Source: a virus (taxonomy: Duplodnaviria > Caudoviricetes). Taken from it: 64,000 nt of DNA. The notes below the pieces were generated by a model. The model made no database searches, was not told the origin of the DNA, and saw only the letters and a program-made list of their open reading frames with translations. Position 1 is the stretch's first letter. Each line of letters begins with the position of its first letter. The stretch covers positions 1,547-65,546 of IMG/VR virus record IMGVR_UViG_3300005805_000086; one strand, given 5' to 3'. This document shows positions 9,731-18,369 of the stretch, one piece after another. The translations under genes were made by a program, and so were the position numbers.

Positions 9731-10110
9731 GAATTGAGGAAAAAAACGTTTCAGCTGTTGCCAATAAGGCTGATGCTTTATTCTTTTTTGTTGATCAGAA
9801 TGGTTCCGCAACAAAAACAGCTCGTTCATTATTCCCCGACATTTGCCAAGTTGCCGAAATGATGTTTATGACTAAAACATTTCCTTCTGGGGGAATCGCA
9901 TTTACAACAACAGACGGTCAGCACATTATTGTTGGCCAGCGTGGGCCACTGAAGGAGGTAATTGAATCACTCTTAAACATATTAGAAGAACGAAAAATCG
10001 AATCCATAAATATTGCGTCAATCGATGAGTTCAATTACTCACTCGCGCAGGCAGAGGTTAAAATTGATGACAACGGGCCAACAATCACCTTTTGCAATCC
10101 ACTAACATAA
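9727..10110 (+). CDS. Hypothetical protein
   Basis: ATG at 9727 overlaps the upstream TGA (ATGA coupling); 127-aa ORF. Confidence 0.7.
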   Translation: MRIEEKNVSAVANKADALFFFVDQNGSATKTARSLFPDICQVAEMMFMTKTFPSGGIAFTTTDGQHIIVGQRGPLKEVIESLLNILEERKIESINIASIDEFNYSLAQAEVKIDDNGPTITFCNPLT

Positions 10111-10115
10111 AAGCG

Positions 10116-10183
10116 GAGCCCCTAGCCGGAGGGGGATCCGCTAGGGGCTCAACGCAGGAGGATGGTGGGGGTTTTCCTCCTTT
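10116..10183. terminator. Double hairpin between convergent genes (probable intrinsic terminator)
   Basis: GAGCCCCTAGC (10116-10126) / GCTAGGGGCTC (10140-10150) form a perfect 11-bp stem; a second stem GGAGGA/TCCTCC (10157-10180) is followed by TTT. Lies between a + stop at 10110 and a - stop at 10217. Confidence 0.65.
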
Positions 10184-10216
10184 CGACACTTTAGCATTAA
10201 AATTATTATTTGCAAG

Positions 10217-12199
10217 TTATGTGATTGAATCAAGTAGATTAAAAATTATATTTGTCGCGTCTGGAGCATCATCGATATACTCACCATCAACCGCCTTGTC
10301 TACTACTCGACGTTTTCGGTCGATTAGATCATATATTTCCTGATCTATTGTTCCATTCGTCATCATATATGTCGCGGTTACTGAACCCTTTTGGCCAATT
10401 CTGTGACATCTGCTGTATGTTTGATCAACATCGGCTGGAGTCCACGGAAGTTCCACAAATAGAACTTCTTGAGATGCAGTAAGTGTATGTCCCGTCTTTG
10501 CTGCCTGGATAGATAATACAATTACTGGAGCCTCTTCGCATGATGCTGTCTGGAATTTGTATTTCATATCCTCGACAGTCTGGACATCCATCTGGCCCTG
10601 AATCTTTAGCCCACCATACTTATTGGCAAGTTCGTTGACTATTTCCCTGTGATGCGCAGCGACTACAACCTTTCTTCCTTCCGATATGCGTTCCTGAATC
10701 CATTCATGAACCATTTCCATTTTTGCTTTTGCTGCAATTTTTCGCAAAACACTTATTCTGAGGAGGTGATCATGCGCTTCCGCTTTAAGCCGAGCACGAA
10801 CTGCAGCAGCACCTATTGGTAGTCCCATTTCGGTTGCAATACGTGTTGCTTGATCTACTAAATATGAAACAATGTCAGCTTGTGCTTTTGAATATTCTTT
10901 CATAATTGTTGCATTACCATCAACCAATAGCGGATTGTGAACTACCGGGGGAAGGTCTTGCATGACCTGGTCTTTTGTTCTCCTGATATAACAAGTTGAA
11001 CGTAGTTTATCGTTTAGCTCCTCGAGATTTGAGTTCCCTTCAAGATGCCACTGCCCCCACTTATCGCGATATGCGGCACAGTAGCGTCTGTAGAAACCCC
11101 ACAAACCACCAAACTTGTCGAGTCGTCCAAGAATATCTAATTGTGGCGCATATTCGGCTGGTTTATTTGTAACTGGAGTTCCAGTAAGGCATAGTACTAC
11201 AGCATTCGATGGAGCTGATTTTACGATTTTACGTGCGGCACGCGTTCTTTGTGCGTCCATTGACTTGCAATAGTGAGACTCATCAAAAACATAAGCGTTA
11301 TGTTTCATGAGATTCTTTTCCCACGCAGCAAGATTGCTATATCCAATAACTACAACATCGTATGTTCCAAACATTGGTATTTCTTTACGATTCAAACATA
11401 CTTCAACAATTCGTTCAGGCAAGAATCTGTTGTACTCATTCTTCCAGTTAAGCACCAAGTTTGGTGGACATACAACAACAGCTGGGTATGATGGAAAACC
11501 GTCAAACTTTTCATACTCTTGATGTAGGTACTCAAGCGTAGCCATTGCCTGCAATGTTTTCCCAAGGCCCATTTCATCCGCAATAAATGCACGACGTGCA
11601 TTGGCGGCATAAGCAACACCAGCGCGCTGATATGCCAATAACTGACCATTGAGGGTCTCAATATGGATCTCGGCATCCGTGGAACGACTTGCATCACGCA
11701 GGGCTGTCAGGTCAGCAACAATATTATCGGCTACTACCTTCACGTCTTCGGGGATTGGTTGTCTGAAGGTCTGTGCCCATTTAATAACGGACTGAGATGC
11801 AGAAAATGGAGCCTTCCATGCCTTTGTTTTTGGGTCCCATGTAATTCCGTCTATTTGCTTAACTGATCGAACCATTACTGGGTCATATTTAAAGGCGAGA
11901 GTGAAGTATTCGCCATCTATGCCAAGTCCGCCGCCGGGATTTGGGTGAATCGGAAGATCAAAAGCTAAAACTTCATTAGTGATTTCAAAATCGTACTTAA
12001 TAGCGAAGTCACGAGCTACCTTTAGGCTTGAAACTGGTACTTTCCAAATCTTTGATATCTTGTCCCATTTTGCCCCACTTATTGACTTAACTTCACTTAC
12101 CAGTTTTTCATCAAATGGAAAGTCAAGTACAAGGAAGTCCTCGTGCAAATAGAGGGTGGATTTCTGCTGGCCGTTCTGATTTGTCTGGAAATTGCTCAT
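10217..12199 (-). CDS. SNF2-family (SMARCAL1/HARP-like) helicase
   Basis: LLAYQRAGV, IADEMGLGKT (Walker A), VFDESH, LTGTPVTN, ELPWTPADVDQTYSRCHRIGQ; two N-terminal HARP-like repeats (F.YD..V..VK.I.G..WD...K.W..P). Confidence 0.9.
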   Translation of the reverse strand: MSNFQTNQNGQQKSTLYLHEDFLVLDFPFDEKLVSEVKSISGAKWDKISKIWKVPVSSLKVARDFAIKYDFEITNEVLAFDLPIHPNPGGGLGIDGEYFTLAFKYDPVMVRSVKQIDGITWDPKTKAWKAPFSASQSVIKWAQTFRQPIPEDVKVVADNIVADLTALRDASRSTDAEIHIETLNGQLLAYQRAGVAYAANARRAFIADEMGLGKTLQAMATLEYLHQEYEKFDGFPSYPAVVVCPPNLVLNWKNEYNRFLPERIVEVCLNRKEIPMFGTYDVVVIGYSNLAAWEKNLMKHNAYVFDESHYCKSMDAQRTRAARKIVKSAPSNAVVLCLTGTPVTNKPAEYAPQLDILGRLDKFGGLWGFYRRYCAAYRDKWGQWHLEGNSNLEELNDKLRSTCYIRRTKDQVMQDLPPVVHNPLLVDGNATIMKEYSKAQADIVSYLVDQATRIATEMGLPIGAAAVRARLKAEAHDHLLRISVLRKIAAKAKMEMVHEWIQERISEGRKVVVAAHHREIVNELANKYGGLKIQGQMDVQTVEDMKYKFQTASCEEAPVIVLSIQAAKTGHTLTASQEVLFVELPWTPADVDQTYSRCHRIGQKGSVTATYMMTNGTIDQEIYDLIDRKRRVVDKAVDGEYIDDAPDATNIIFNLLDSIT

Positions 12200-12578
12200 C
12201 TATCAACCTGCTGATTCTTGCTTTTCCCCAACCATTTGGTTCTGTCCATATAGCGTACTGTACGCCATTATCAAGGAGGAGTGATTGGCACCTCTTGCAC
12301 GGTCGAGCAAGGCCAATTTTTCCACTTCGTGTCATTCGAGCAACATATATCGTTGCACCCTCGGCATTACCGGCACGTCGTATTGCAACCTCTTCTGCGT
12401 GGTACGAAACACCATCGATGTCAACTTTTGATGGGTTATTTCGATATCGGTTTACCCCAACAGAAAGTACGCGCCCAGACCTGACAAGAACCGCCCCAAC
12501 GCGCCACTGAGTATGTGATGCATTTAGTGATTCATCTACAGCGTATGTCAGCCACTTAAGTTCACTGGCGGAAAGCAT
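12123..12578 (-). CDS. Zn-dependent cytidine/dCMP deaminase-family protein
   Basis: HAEE and ARPCKRC zinc/catalytic motifs; VGAVLV...LSVGVN N-terminal motif. Confidence 0.85.
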   Translation of the reverse strand: MLSASELKWLTYAVDESLNASHTQWRVGAVLVRSGRVLSVGVNRYRNNPSKVDIDGVSYHAEEVAIRRAGNAEGATIYVARMTRSGKIGLARPCKRCQSLLLDNGVQYAIWTEPNGWGKARISRLIDEQFPDKSERPAEIHPLFARGLPCT

Positions 12579-12766
12579 TAACTTCTCTTTCTGGAAATGG
12601 TATTAATTCTTTCAATGACGGCATTCCACTTTGCGGCAGTGAGAACCGCCTGCTCGCGCTCAATGGGAAGATCGGGCAGCTCTTCATACTTGTTTTGTTG
12701 ATTCCCCAAGCCAGTCGAAATGGCTGACAATGGTAAAACTGATGTTAGAAATGCGCGTCGATTCAT
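12578..12766 (-). CDS. Small hypothetical protein with N-terminal RRAFL (twin-arginine-like) motif
   Basis: 62-aa ORF abutting the deaminase start; begins MNRRAFLTS. Confidence 0.5.
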   Translation of the reverse strand: MNRRAFLTSVLPLSAISTGLGNQQNKYEELPDLPIEREQAVLTAAKWNAVIERINTISRKRS

Positions 12767-12817
12767 TTATTGCACACTAGTTCATTATGTGACATGGATC
12801 AAATTGCAATCCGTAAA

Positions 12818-13141
12818 TTACATTGTCTCTCGTATTGCCTTCATAGCCCTTCGACGCTGCTCGCCTTCCAGGGTCATCGCCTTGCGTCTGGCAATATCTC
12901 TTTCAACCTTCTTTATTGTGCGTGCTAGTTGACCAGGTCTGCGGGCACGTGGTGAAACTCCGCCCCAAATTCCATGAATTTCGTGAGTTTCTGCGGCATA
13001 CATAAGGCACTCCAGCCGTACTGGGCACTCTCCGCATATTTGTATTGTCGTTGATATCGTGCTTTCCCCTTGTTCAAGATAGAACAGTTCAGGACTCAAT
13101 CCACGACAAGCAGCATCTTTGAAAAATTCACGAGACGTCAT
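12818..13141 (-). CDS. whiB: WhiB-family Fe-S transcription factor (copy 1)
   Basis: AAC-x23-CGECPVRLEC...HGIWGG; ATG at 13141 is preceded by GGAGGGG. Confidence 0.92.
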   Translation of the reverse strand: MTSREFFKDAACRGLSPELFYLEQGESTISTTIQICGECPVRLECLMYAAETHEIHGIWGGVSPRARRPGQLARTIKKVERDIARRKAMTLEGEQRRRAMKAIRETM

Positions 13142-13230
13142 TTCCCCTCCATTTTTGCTCAATCATTACTTCACTCAATAATTACGTAATTCAGAGGCAT
13201 TTTCAAGTTCTGACTAAGAAATTGAAGAAA

Positions 13231-13404
13231 TTATTTTGAGCTATCTTGTTTCATCATTTTGAAACTTGGTAATTCTTTTCGCAACCTTTCGATCTCGTCG
13301 GCTGCCTCAGCTTCAAGGCATGAACCACATTTGCCGCAGTAGTCTTTGCATTCCCCCCACCATAATATGTCTTCTCGTAGTCGGCTCACAATGTCGTCAC
13401 TCAC
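13231..13404 (-). CDS. Small hypothetical protein (DDIVxRLR...EAADEIERLR family), not in the ORF track
   Basis: Manual translation: MSDDIVSRLREDILWWGECKDYCGKCGSCLEAEAADEIERLRKELPSFKMMKQDSSK (57 aa, GTG start). Confidence 0.7.
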   Translation of the reverse strand: MSDDIVSRLREDILWWGECKDYCGKCGSCLEAEAADEIERLRKELPSFKMMKQDSSK

Positions 13405-13600
13405 CACGCAACTCCGTCCATGCGTCTAGCGCATCATCCCATTGTCCTGTGCGGATGCCGTGAGCAAGAGCATCTCCCGCTTGTCGTAGGCGCTCAATCT
13501 CATCAGCAGCTTCCCAGCAAGCGGATGGAATAATGCGACCACTCATGTCGCCACGTAGACTGGCGATATCACGCAGTCGGGTAATGATGTCGTCAGTCAT
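13397..13600 (-). CDS. Small hypothetical protein (DDIITRLR...EAADEIERLR family)
   Basis: ATG at 13600; shares motifs with the neighbouring small genes. Confidence 0.7.
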   Translation of the reverse strand: MTDDIITRLRDIASLRGDMSGRIIPSACWEAADEIERLRQAGDALAHGIRTGQWDDALDAWTELRGE

Positions 13601-13901
13601 TATCGGCCTCACCATTCTCTGGAATATATTCCATTTCTTTCTTATGCCATTTGCGGACCTCTGCTAAGGCATCATCAATATTTGAGAAATGATGATTACG
13701 ATTTGGGCCAAGGCAATATGAGTAAACAGATATGGTTGGTTCTGTTTTGCCATTACGCATTTCAAAGAATGTTGGGTAGTTTACAGAAACAGCGCCCTCA
13801 TCCGACTTGCAATGTGATTCGTATGAGAAATAGTGCTCATATGCTTCAGCGAGGAGGCTCCATATTTCTTGTAGTTTTGTCTGCAATGTTGTTTCGTTCA
13901 C
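13593..13901 (-). CDS. Hypothetical protein
   Basis: ORF within a tightly packed run; start uncertain (GTG at 13901 chosen). Confidence 0.55.
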   Translation of the reverse strand: MNETTLQTKLQEIWSLLAEAYEHYFSYESHCKSDEGAVSVNYPTFFEMRNGKTEPTISVYSYCLGPNRNHHFSNIDDALAEVRKWHKKEMEYIPENGEADND

Positions 13902-14127
13902 TACGCAATGCCTTTTCATATGCCATAACTGCTCTAAACAAATCAGAACCATCCGAGATGACAAACTGTCCCGATTTATCCGTAGTATATGCTCGACCGA
14001 ATAAATCCGCTACTTTTTTCCATCGTTCACAGTTGGTGCGAAGTTGTTCAATTTCCTTGGCAGCATTGTGACAGAGGCTCCAGTCTGGAAATGCCAGCAG
14101 TTGATTCACGATATCATCTTCCATCAT
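13846..14127 (-). CDS. Small hypothetical protein (DDIV...AAKEIEQLR family)
   Basis: Motif similarity to 13231-13404 and 13397-13600. Confidence 0.6.
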   Translation of the reverse strand: MMEDDIVNQLLAFPDWSLCHNAAKEIEQLRTNCERWKKVADLFGRAYTTDKSGQFVISDGSDLFRAVMAYEKALRSERNNIADKTTRNMEPPR

Positions 14128-14131
14128 GCAC

Positions 14132-14350
14132 CTACCTTCTGGCACGCTCGTAGGAAATAAGAGCAGAATTTCTCTTTATATTAAAATTAACTTCTTGGTC
14201 GAGAGAGTATAACAAATTGGCTAAATTATCAGCAATTTGTCTTTCATCAGAAAGCTGTGCTTCCATCTGCTTGATTCGATTACGGAGATAAATTACCTCA
14301 TCCTCGAGACGAAAATTAAACTCAGCAACTGGATCATATCCCTGCGTCAT
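14132..14350 (-). CDS. Small coiled-coil hypothetical protein
   Basis: GGGAGAA SD upstream; ERQIADNLANLL motif similar to 19070-19324. Confidence 0.7.
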   Translation of the reverse strand: MTQGYDPVAEFNFRLEDEVIYLRNRIKQMEAQLSDERQIADNLANLLYSLDQEVNFNIKRNSALISYERARR

Positions 14351-14368
14351 AGTTTTCTCCCTATTGCG

Positions 14369-14444
14369 TGGCTGGCGAGGTAGGGCTCGAACCTACGACA
14401 AGCGGATTAACAGTCCGCTGCTCTGCCAACTGAGCTACTCGCCA
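14369..14444 (-). tRNA. tRNA-Asn (GTT), CCA encoded
   Basis: Acceptor stem TGGCGAG/CTCGCCA, discriminator G then CCA; anticodon arm GCGGA-CT GTT AA-TCCGC; T-loop GGTTCGAGCC. Confidence 0.97.
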
Positions 14445-14519
14445 ATGTCAATACACCTCAAAGAATATTAATTCCAGCACAATGGGATGTATTGATATTT
14501 ATGATTTATGCAACCCAAT

Positions 14520-16445
14520 TTACTTGATTGGACACGCTCCTGTGGCGCAATCATCCATTGTTAGTTCGCCATCAAATGCTTGTCGATGCAATGGAACAGA
14601 GAAGTCAACCTTTGCCAACATCTTCTCATAGGCATCCTTAGTGATTTCCTCATATGGGGGCAATGGGAAGTTGTGGTCAGTATGAAGAAGGAACGATACA
14701 GACTTAACTGAGTCATCATAGTTCTTAGACAACCACTCTTTGATTTCTGAAAGTTCTTCCTTACGGTAATACACAGTCACCGATACGGCATTATCAGCCC
14801 ACTCGGTCTGCATCTTCTTGACCCACTCCAACTGAGCAACTGCCGTCATATCCTTAGCAAGAACGGAACCCTCGGGTGATTCGCATGGGAACTCAACGAC
14901 GAAACGAGTGTGATCTTCTCGGCCATCAATACCTACGTCATACTGAACCTTGTAGCCACGCTTGCGACACGCATCAACGAGTGGATCAGATGATCCAAAT
15001 CGCACTCGTCGTATGTAGTACTGAGCATAGGCTGGGTGAATGCCAGGTGTAACTCCAGGTAGAAGCGATAGGGTTCCTGATGGCTGTACGGTAGTTAGTC
15101 GGACAGATGTCGGAAGTCCATTCTCTTTTGAGTACTTGGCATCAAGCTCCTCTAGCGCAACATATGCCTCACTGAGCCAGTTAATTTTTTCTTGCTCGCA
15201 CTGAAGAATTCCAGTAATCGACTGACCAAGCCGTGCATTTTTCTGAACGATTTTGGTTGTCTTTTCGTATGGGTAGTTCAGGCGAGTAATTTGCTTCTGT
15301 GTCTTGTATAGCAAATATGAGATGTCTTTGAATTGCTTGAGTGAGTCAATATTTGGCAGAAAGATTGTTGAGAGATTGCATGACTCTCCATCACCAAGCG
15401 CAATTTCTGCACACGGATTGTATCCCTCGATTGTTGGGTCTGACTTGAGTTGACCAACTCGCCCATACTTGCGTGCAAGCTTGCGGTTTACGAGACCATA
15501 TGGCTCACCAGTTCCATCATATCCACGCCAGAGTTCTGGAAGAATCTCATCGTATGAGTCGGCATAGATGCTGTTATTGGAGTTGGCACGCCATGCTGGG
15601 ATGTTTCCAGTTCCCCAATTCTTTGCACGCAAGAAAAGAACATCGTCCGGATCGCCAATTGCAATTTGCGCAGAGCGACGCGATGACCCAGAAACAACAA
15701 TGCGACCGATAATATTGCAGATATCTAGGACATCAATTGAGCGGAGCTTCTTACCAACGCGGTTTTCCATTACCCTGCAGATGTCTGCAATTCCATCAAT
15801 CAATGCACCTGGACCAGATGCCGTTCCACCAAATGTCTTTAGTGGTGCACCATACTCACGAATCAGGATTGTTGAATATGTGAAAGATCGACCAGTTTCG
15901 AAGTATGACTTGAGAACCGAATGTAGGAGTCGACGCCATCCTTGACGGCTGTCAGGAACAATAATGTCGGCATCGTTAGAACGCTCATGAGTAATTGATA
16001 CTCCGCCCTTCACTTTTGGCAGATCGTGAATCTTGGAGCGCTCAACGGAAAAACCAACTCCACCGCCAAGCATTAGGTAATCAAAAAGAAGTTCAAAATC
16101 TTCAATGGATTCAATATTTGTGAAGTAGCAGTTATTGAGACTCGTGCCAGAGAATTTCTGAGTTAGTGGAGTGCCGAGCTGCCACAAGGATCGACCAGAA
16201 AAAGAACAACGCAAATTAAACATGTGATCAAACAGGCGCTCTGCTTCATCCTGGGTATAAGGAACGCCAATATCAATTGCGCCATTGATTACTCGCTGTA
16301 GTGTCTCGACCCACGACTCAGTATCACCGTTTTCCTTCTTGCGACTGTATGTGCGCAGGAAAACTATTTCACCCATTCCATTAAATCCCCAAGGTGGGGT
16401 TTGTGTGGAATATGAACGGACAAATTCGTCTGTGATGCGAGTCAT
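14520..16445 (-). CDS. nrdJ: Class II (adenosylcobalamin-dependent) ribonucleotide reductase, RTPR type
   Basis: FLRTYSR, LNNC, RRSAQI, YNPCAEIAL...CNLS, TTVQPSGTLSLL and C-terminal CATGACPIK redox cysteines. Confidence 0.95.
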   Translation of the reverse strand: MTRITDEFVRSYSTQTPPWGFNGMGEIVFLRTYSRKKENGDTESWVETLQRVINGAIDIGVPYTQDEAERLFDHMFNLRCSFSGRSLWQLGTPLTQKFSGTSLNNCYFTNIESIEDFELLFDYLMLGGGVGFSVERSKIHDLPKVKGGVSITHERSNDADIIVPDSRQGWRRLLHSVLKSYFETGRSFTYSTILIREYGAPLKTFGGTASGPGALIDGIADICRVMENRVGKKLRSIDVLDICNIIGRIVVSGSSRRSAQIAIGDPDDVLFLRAKNWGTGNIPAWRANSNNSIYADSYDEILPELWRGYDGTGEPYGLVNRKLARKYGRVGQLKSDPTIEGYNPCAEIALGDGESCNLSTIFLPNIDSLKQFKDISYLLYKTQKQITRLNYPYEKTTKIVQKNARLGQSITGILQCEQEKINWLSEAYVALEELDAKYSKENGLPTSVRLTTVQPSGTLSLLPGVTPGIHPAYAQYYIRRVRFGSSDPLVDACRKRGYKVQYDVGIDGREDHTRFVVEFPCESPEGSVLAKDMTAVAQLEWVKKMQTEWADNAVSVTVYYRKEELSEIKEWLSKNYDDSVKSVSFLLHTDHNFPLPPYEEITKDAYEKMLAKVDFSVPLHRQAFDGELTMDDCATGACPIK

Positions 16446-16523
16446 GTGACTTTCTTTCTATGATTATGGGTAGGATGTATCAGTTTACCCTAGGAGAAAA
16501 TAATGAAAGTGTCTACTGTAGAT

Positions 16524-16838
16524 TTAATCTTGATTCAGTAGACCAATTCTTATTGCTTCATCCCTGGTTATGCTGGACCCCTTCTTGTGAACGAGGACTC
16601 TAGCACGGGTATACGGCGTGATGTCGCGTTCTTCCCAATAATCTTCTTCAAGAAAATACATCGGCGTTGCTTTATTCGTATTCATATCAAAACCGACAAC
16701 GTAATCGATTGAACCCTCGCCCGGACAATCACCAGTTGGGTGACCACATACTGGGCATGGCTGTCTGTCAGCTCGCGTAACAATATAACCGTTGCCCTGT
16801 GCGTTATTTCCATTTAGATAGTCAAAGAAGTATCCCAT
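16524..16838 (-). CDS. Hypothetical protein with CPVCGH-x3-C motif
   Basis: 104-aa ORF; possible small Zn site. Confidence 0.65.
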   Translation of the reverse strand: MGYFFDYLNGNNAQGNGYIVTRADRQPCPVCGHPTGDCPGEGSIDYVVGFDMNTNKATPMYFLEEDYWEERDITPYTRARVLVHKKGSSITRDEAIRIGLLNQD

Positions 16839-16899
16839 AAGACAATTTTACATTAGTCGATCACGAGCAGTACATACTCTATTGATCTTTATCAACTTG

Positions 16900-16972
16900 T
16901 AAGCCAGGTGGGAATTGAACCCACGACCTGCACCTTATAAGAGTGCCACTCTAACCACTGAGTTACTGGCTT
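16900..16972 (-). tRNA. tRNA-Ile (TAT anticodon), no encoded CCA
   Basis: Acceptor stem AAGCCAG/CTGGCTT, discriminator A; D arm ACTC/GAGT; anticodon arm GCACT-CT TAT AA-GGTGC (anticodon 16937-16939); T-loop GGTTCAATTCC. Confidence 0.92.
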
Positions 16973-17001
16973 CTGCTTGCCTTAAACTGCGAGGAATTTT
17001 G

Positions 17002-17493
17002 TCAGATTCTCTTTATTTGTTCTGTAAGCAGTGTCAATGGAAGTAACTCATTTTGTGGAACAAAGTATGCTGCCGGTCGACCACCATGCTCCTGCAAGAA
17101 ATTTCTGGACTTGCCATCTTTCCCCGATATGAAGCCCCATATTCGATAATTGGGACATTTTCCAGTTACGAGAACGAAAAGATCATTATCCGCATCATTG
17201 GGTCGAATAATTAATTCATATTTATGTGAAGAACGTGTTCTGACTTGGATGTTCTCCGATATATCAGCCGCCTTGAAGGTGTCAATTCCTCCGTCCCAGT
17301 AAATGCCAAGAACTTTACTTACGGCCATCTCCCCACATGCACCTTCGATATGTTCACTCCAGCCTAAACCCTCAAAACCATGCTGATCCATGCTTCCCCG
17401 CTTAATTGAGGCAAGTTGGCGCAGTCGTCCAATTTCAGATGCCATTGCATACTCGTGCCAGCGAAGTGTCACTTCATGATAGCGAGTTGTCAC
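17002..17493 (-). CDS. Hypothetical protein, possible PD-(D/E)xK restriction-endonuclease fold
   Basis: The pattern GEMAV...AD...IQVRT resembles E..D..(E/Q)xK catalytic spacing; recognised by eye only. Confidence 0.45.
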   Translation of the reverse strand: MTTRYHEVTLRWHEYAMASEIGRLRQLASIKRGSMDQHGFEGLGWSEHIEGACGEMAVSKVLGIYWDGGIDTFKAADISENIQVRTRSSHKYELIIRPNDADNDLFVLVTGKCPNYRIWGFISGKDGKSRNFLQEHGGRPAAYFVPQNELLPLTLLTEQIKRI

Positions 17494-17529
17494 ATCAAAC
17501 CCCGTTCTTTAATTATTTCCAATAAATAG

Positions 17530-17602
17530 TGGGCCCGGTGGGTATCGAACCCACGACCAAGGAATTATGAGTTCCCTGCTCTGACCACTGAGCTACAGGC
17601 CC
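17530..17602 (-). tRNA. tRNA with CAT anticodon, probably Ile2 (lysidine type), no encoded CCA
   Basis: Acceptor stem GGGCCTG/CGGGCCC, discriminator A. C4:G69 and C5:G68 (TilS determinants in E. coli) are present. No C1:A72 mismatch and no G29-G30-G31 run, so not an initiator. Confidence 0.9.
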
Positions 17603-17633
17603 CTACCAACGCATTGTGGCATCAAAAGGTGGC

Positions 17634-18278
17634 TCAGTCAAGTGGAGCGAACTCTTGTATATTGAAACCCATTTTCTCTATCTCTTCGATGGATGACTCA
17701 ATTTCCTCGTCAGTCACTGATCCTGGTGCAGTCATTGAAAGGCATTCTATCAATATTTTTGGCAGAGGTGAATTTTTAAGCACAGTTTCTGTTCCCTTGG
17801 TAAAACCGAGCGGCGACCCCCATTCAACTGTGCGTCCAAGCGAATATGTATATGTTGTCGAAACAAGATATACCTCTAGTAGTGAAGTTATTTCATTTGC
17901 TTCACAGTGTGTTACTGTGAGACATTCTTTAACTAGTCCCCTTTCTTCTACAAAAGCAACTGCTAGCTCTCTGCCTTGTAGTGAGTTTTTGTCCAATGTT
18001 TCAAAACCCTCAGCTACGGCACTTACAGCATCGATACCCCAGCAATAACGCATATGCCCCAAAACCATACTCGATAGAATTAATCGCTTTTCAATTGGTA
18101 AATGTGAGTGCTCTTGGCGTAATTGCGATACAACGATTAAATTATCATCTTTCCATCCAAAAAAGTTGAAAGTAAGATCTTCCCCAATACCGAACTCGTC
18201 AACAAATGAATCCTTGGCCAATTGAGCAGCGCTCATACATAAAGCCATCTTGCTTATAACGTCTGGGTATGTGTTCAT
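17634..18278 (-). CDS. Hypothetical protein
   Basis: 215-codon ORF from ATG 18278; no motif recognised. Confidence 0.75.
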   Translation of the reverse strand: MNTYPDVISKMALCMSAAQLAKDSFVDEFGIGEDLTFNFFGWKDDNLIVVSQLRQEHSHLPIEKRLILSSMVLGHMRYCWGIDAVSAVAEGFETLDKNSLQGRELAVAFVEERGLVKECLTVTHCEANEITSLLEVYLVSTTYTYSLGRTVEWGSPLGFTKGTETVLKNSPLPKILIECLSMTAPGSVTDEEIESSIEEIEKMGFNIQEFAPLD

Positions 18279-18369
18279 TAAGCCCACACTACTAGATTCG
18301 ATAGTTGCAGCGTGCAACACTGGTGTGGTATTAATATCTGGTCGTCAGACATATCGTAAAGGAGTTACA

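Noticed and set aside
17530-17602. Initiator or elongator tRNA-Met call for the CAT tRNA
   Set aside because: Lacks initiator hallmarks and carries TilS-type acceptor pairs, so Ile2 is preferred. Elongator Met is not fully excluded without a covariance model.
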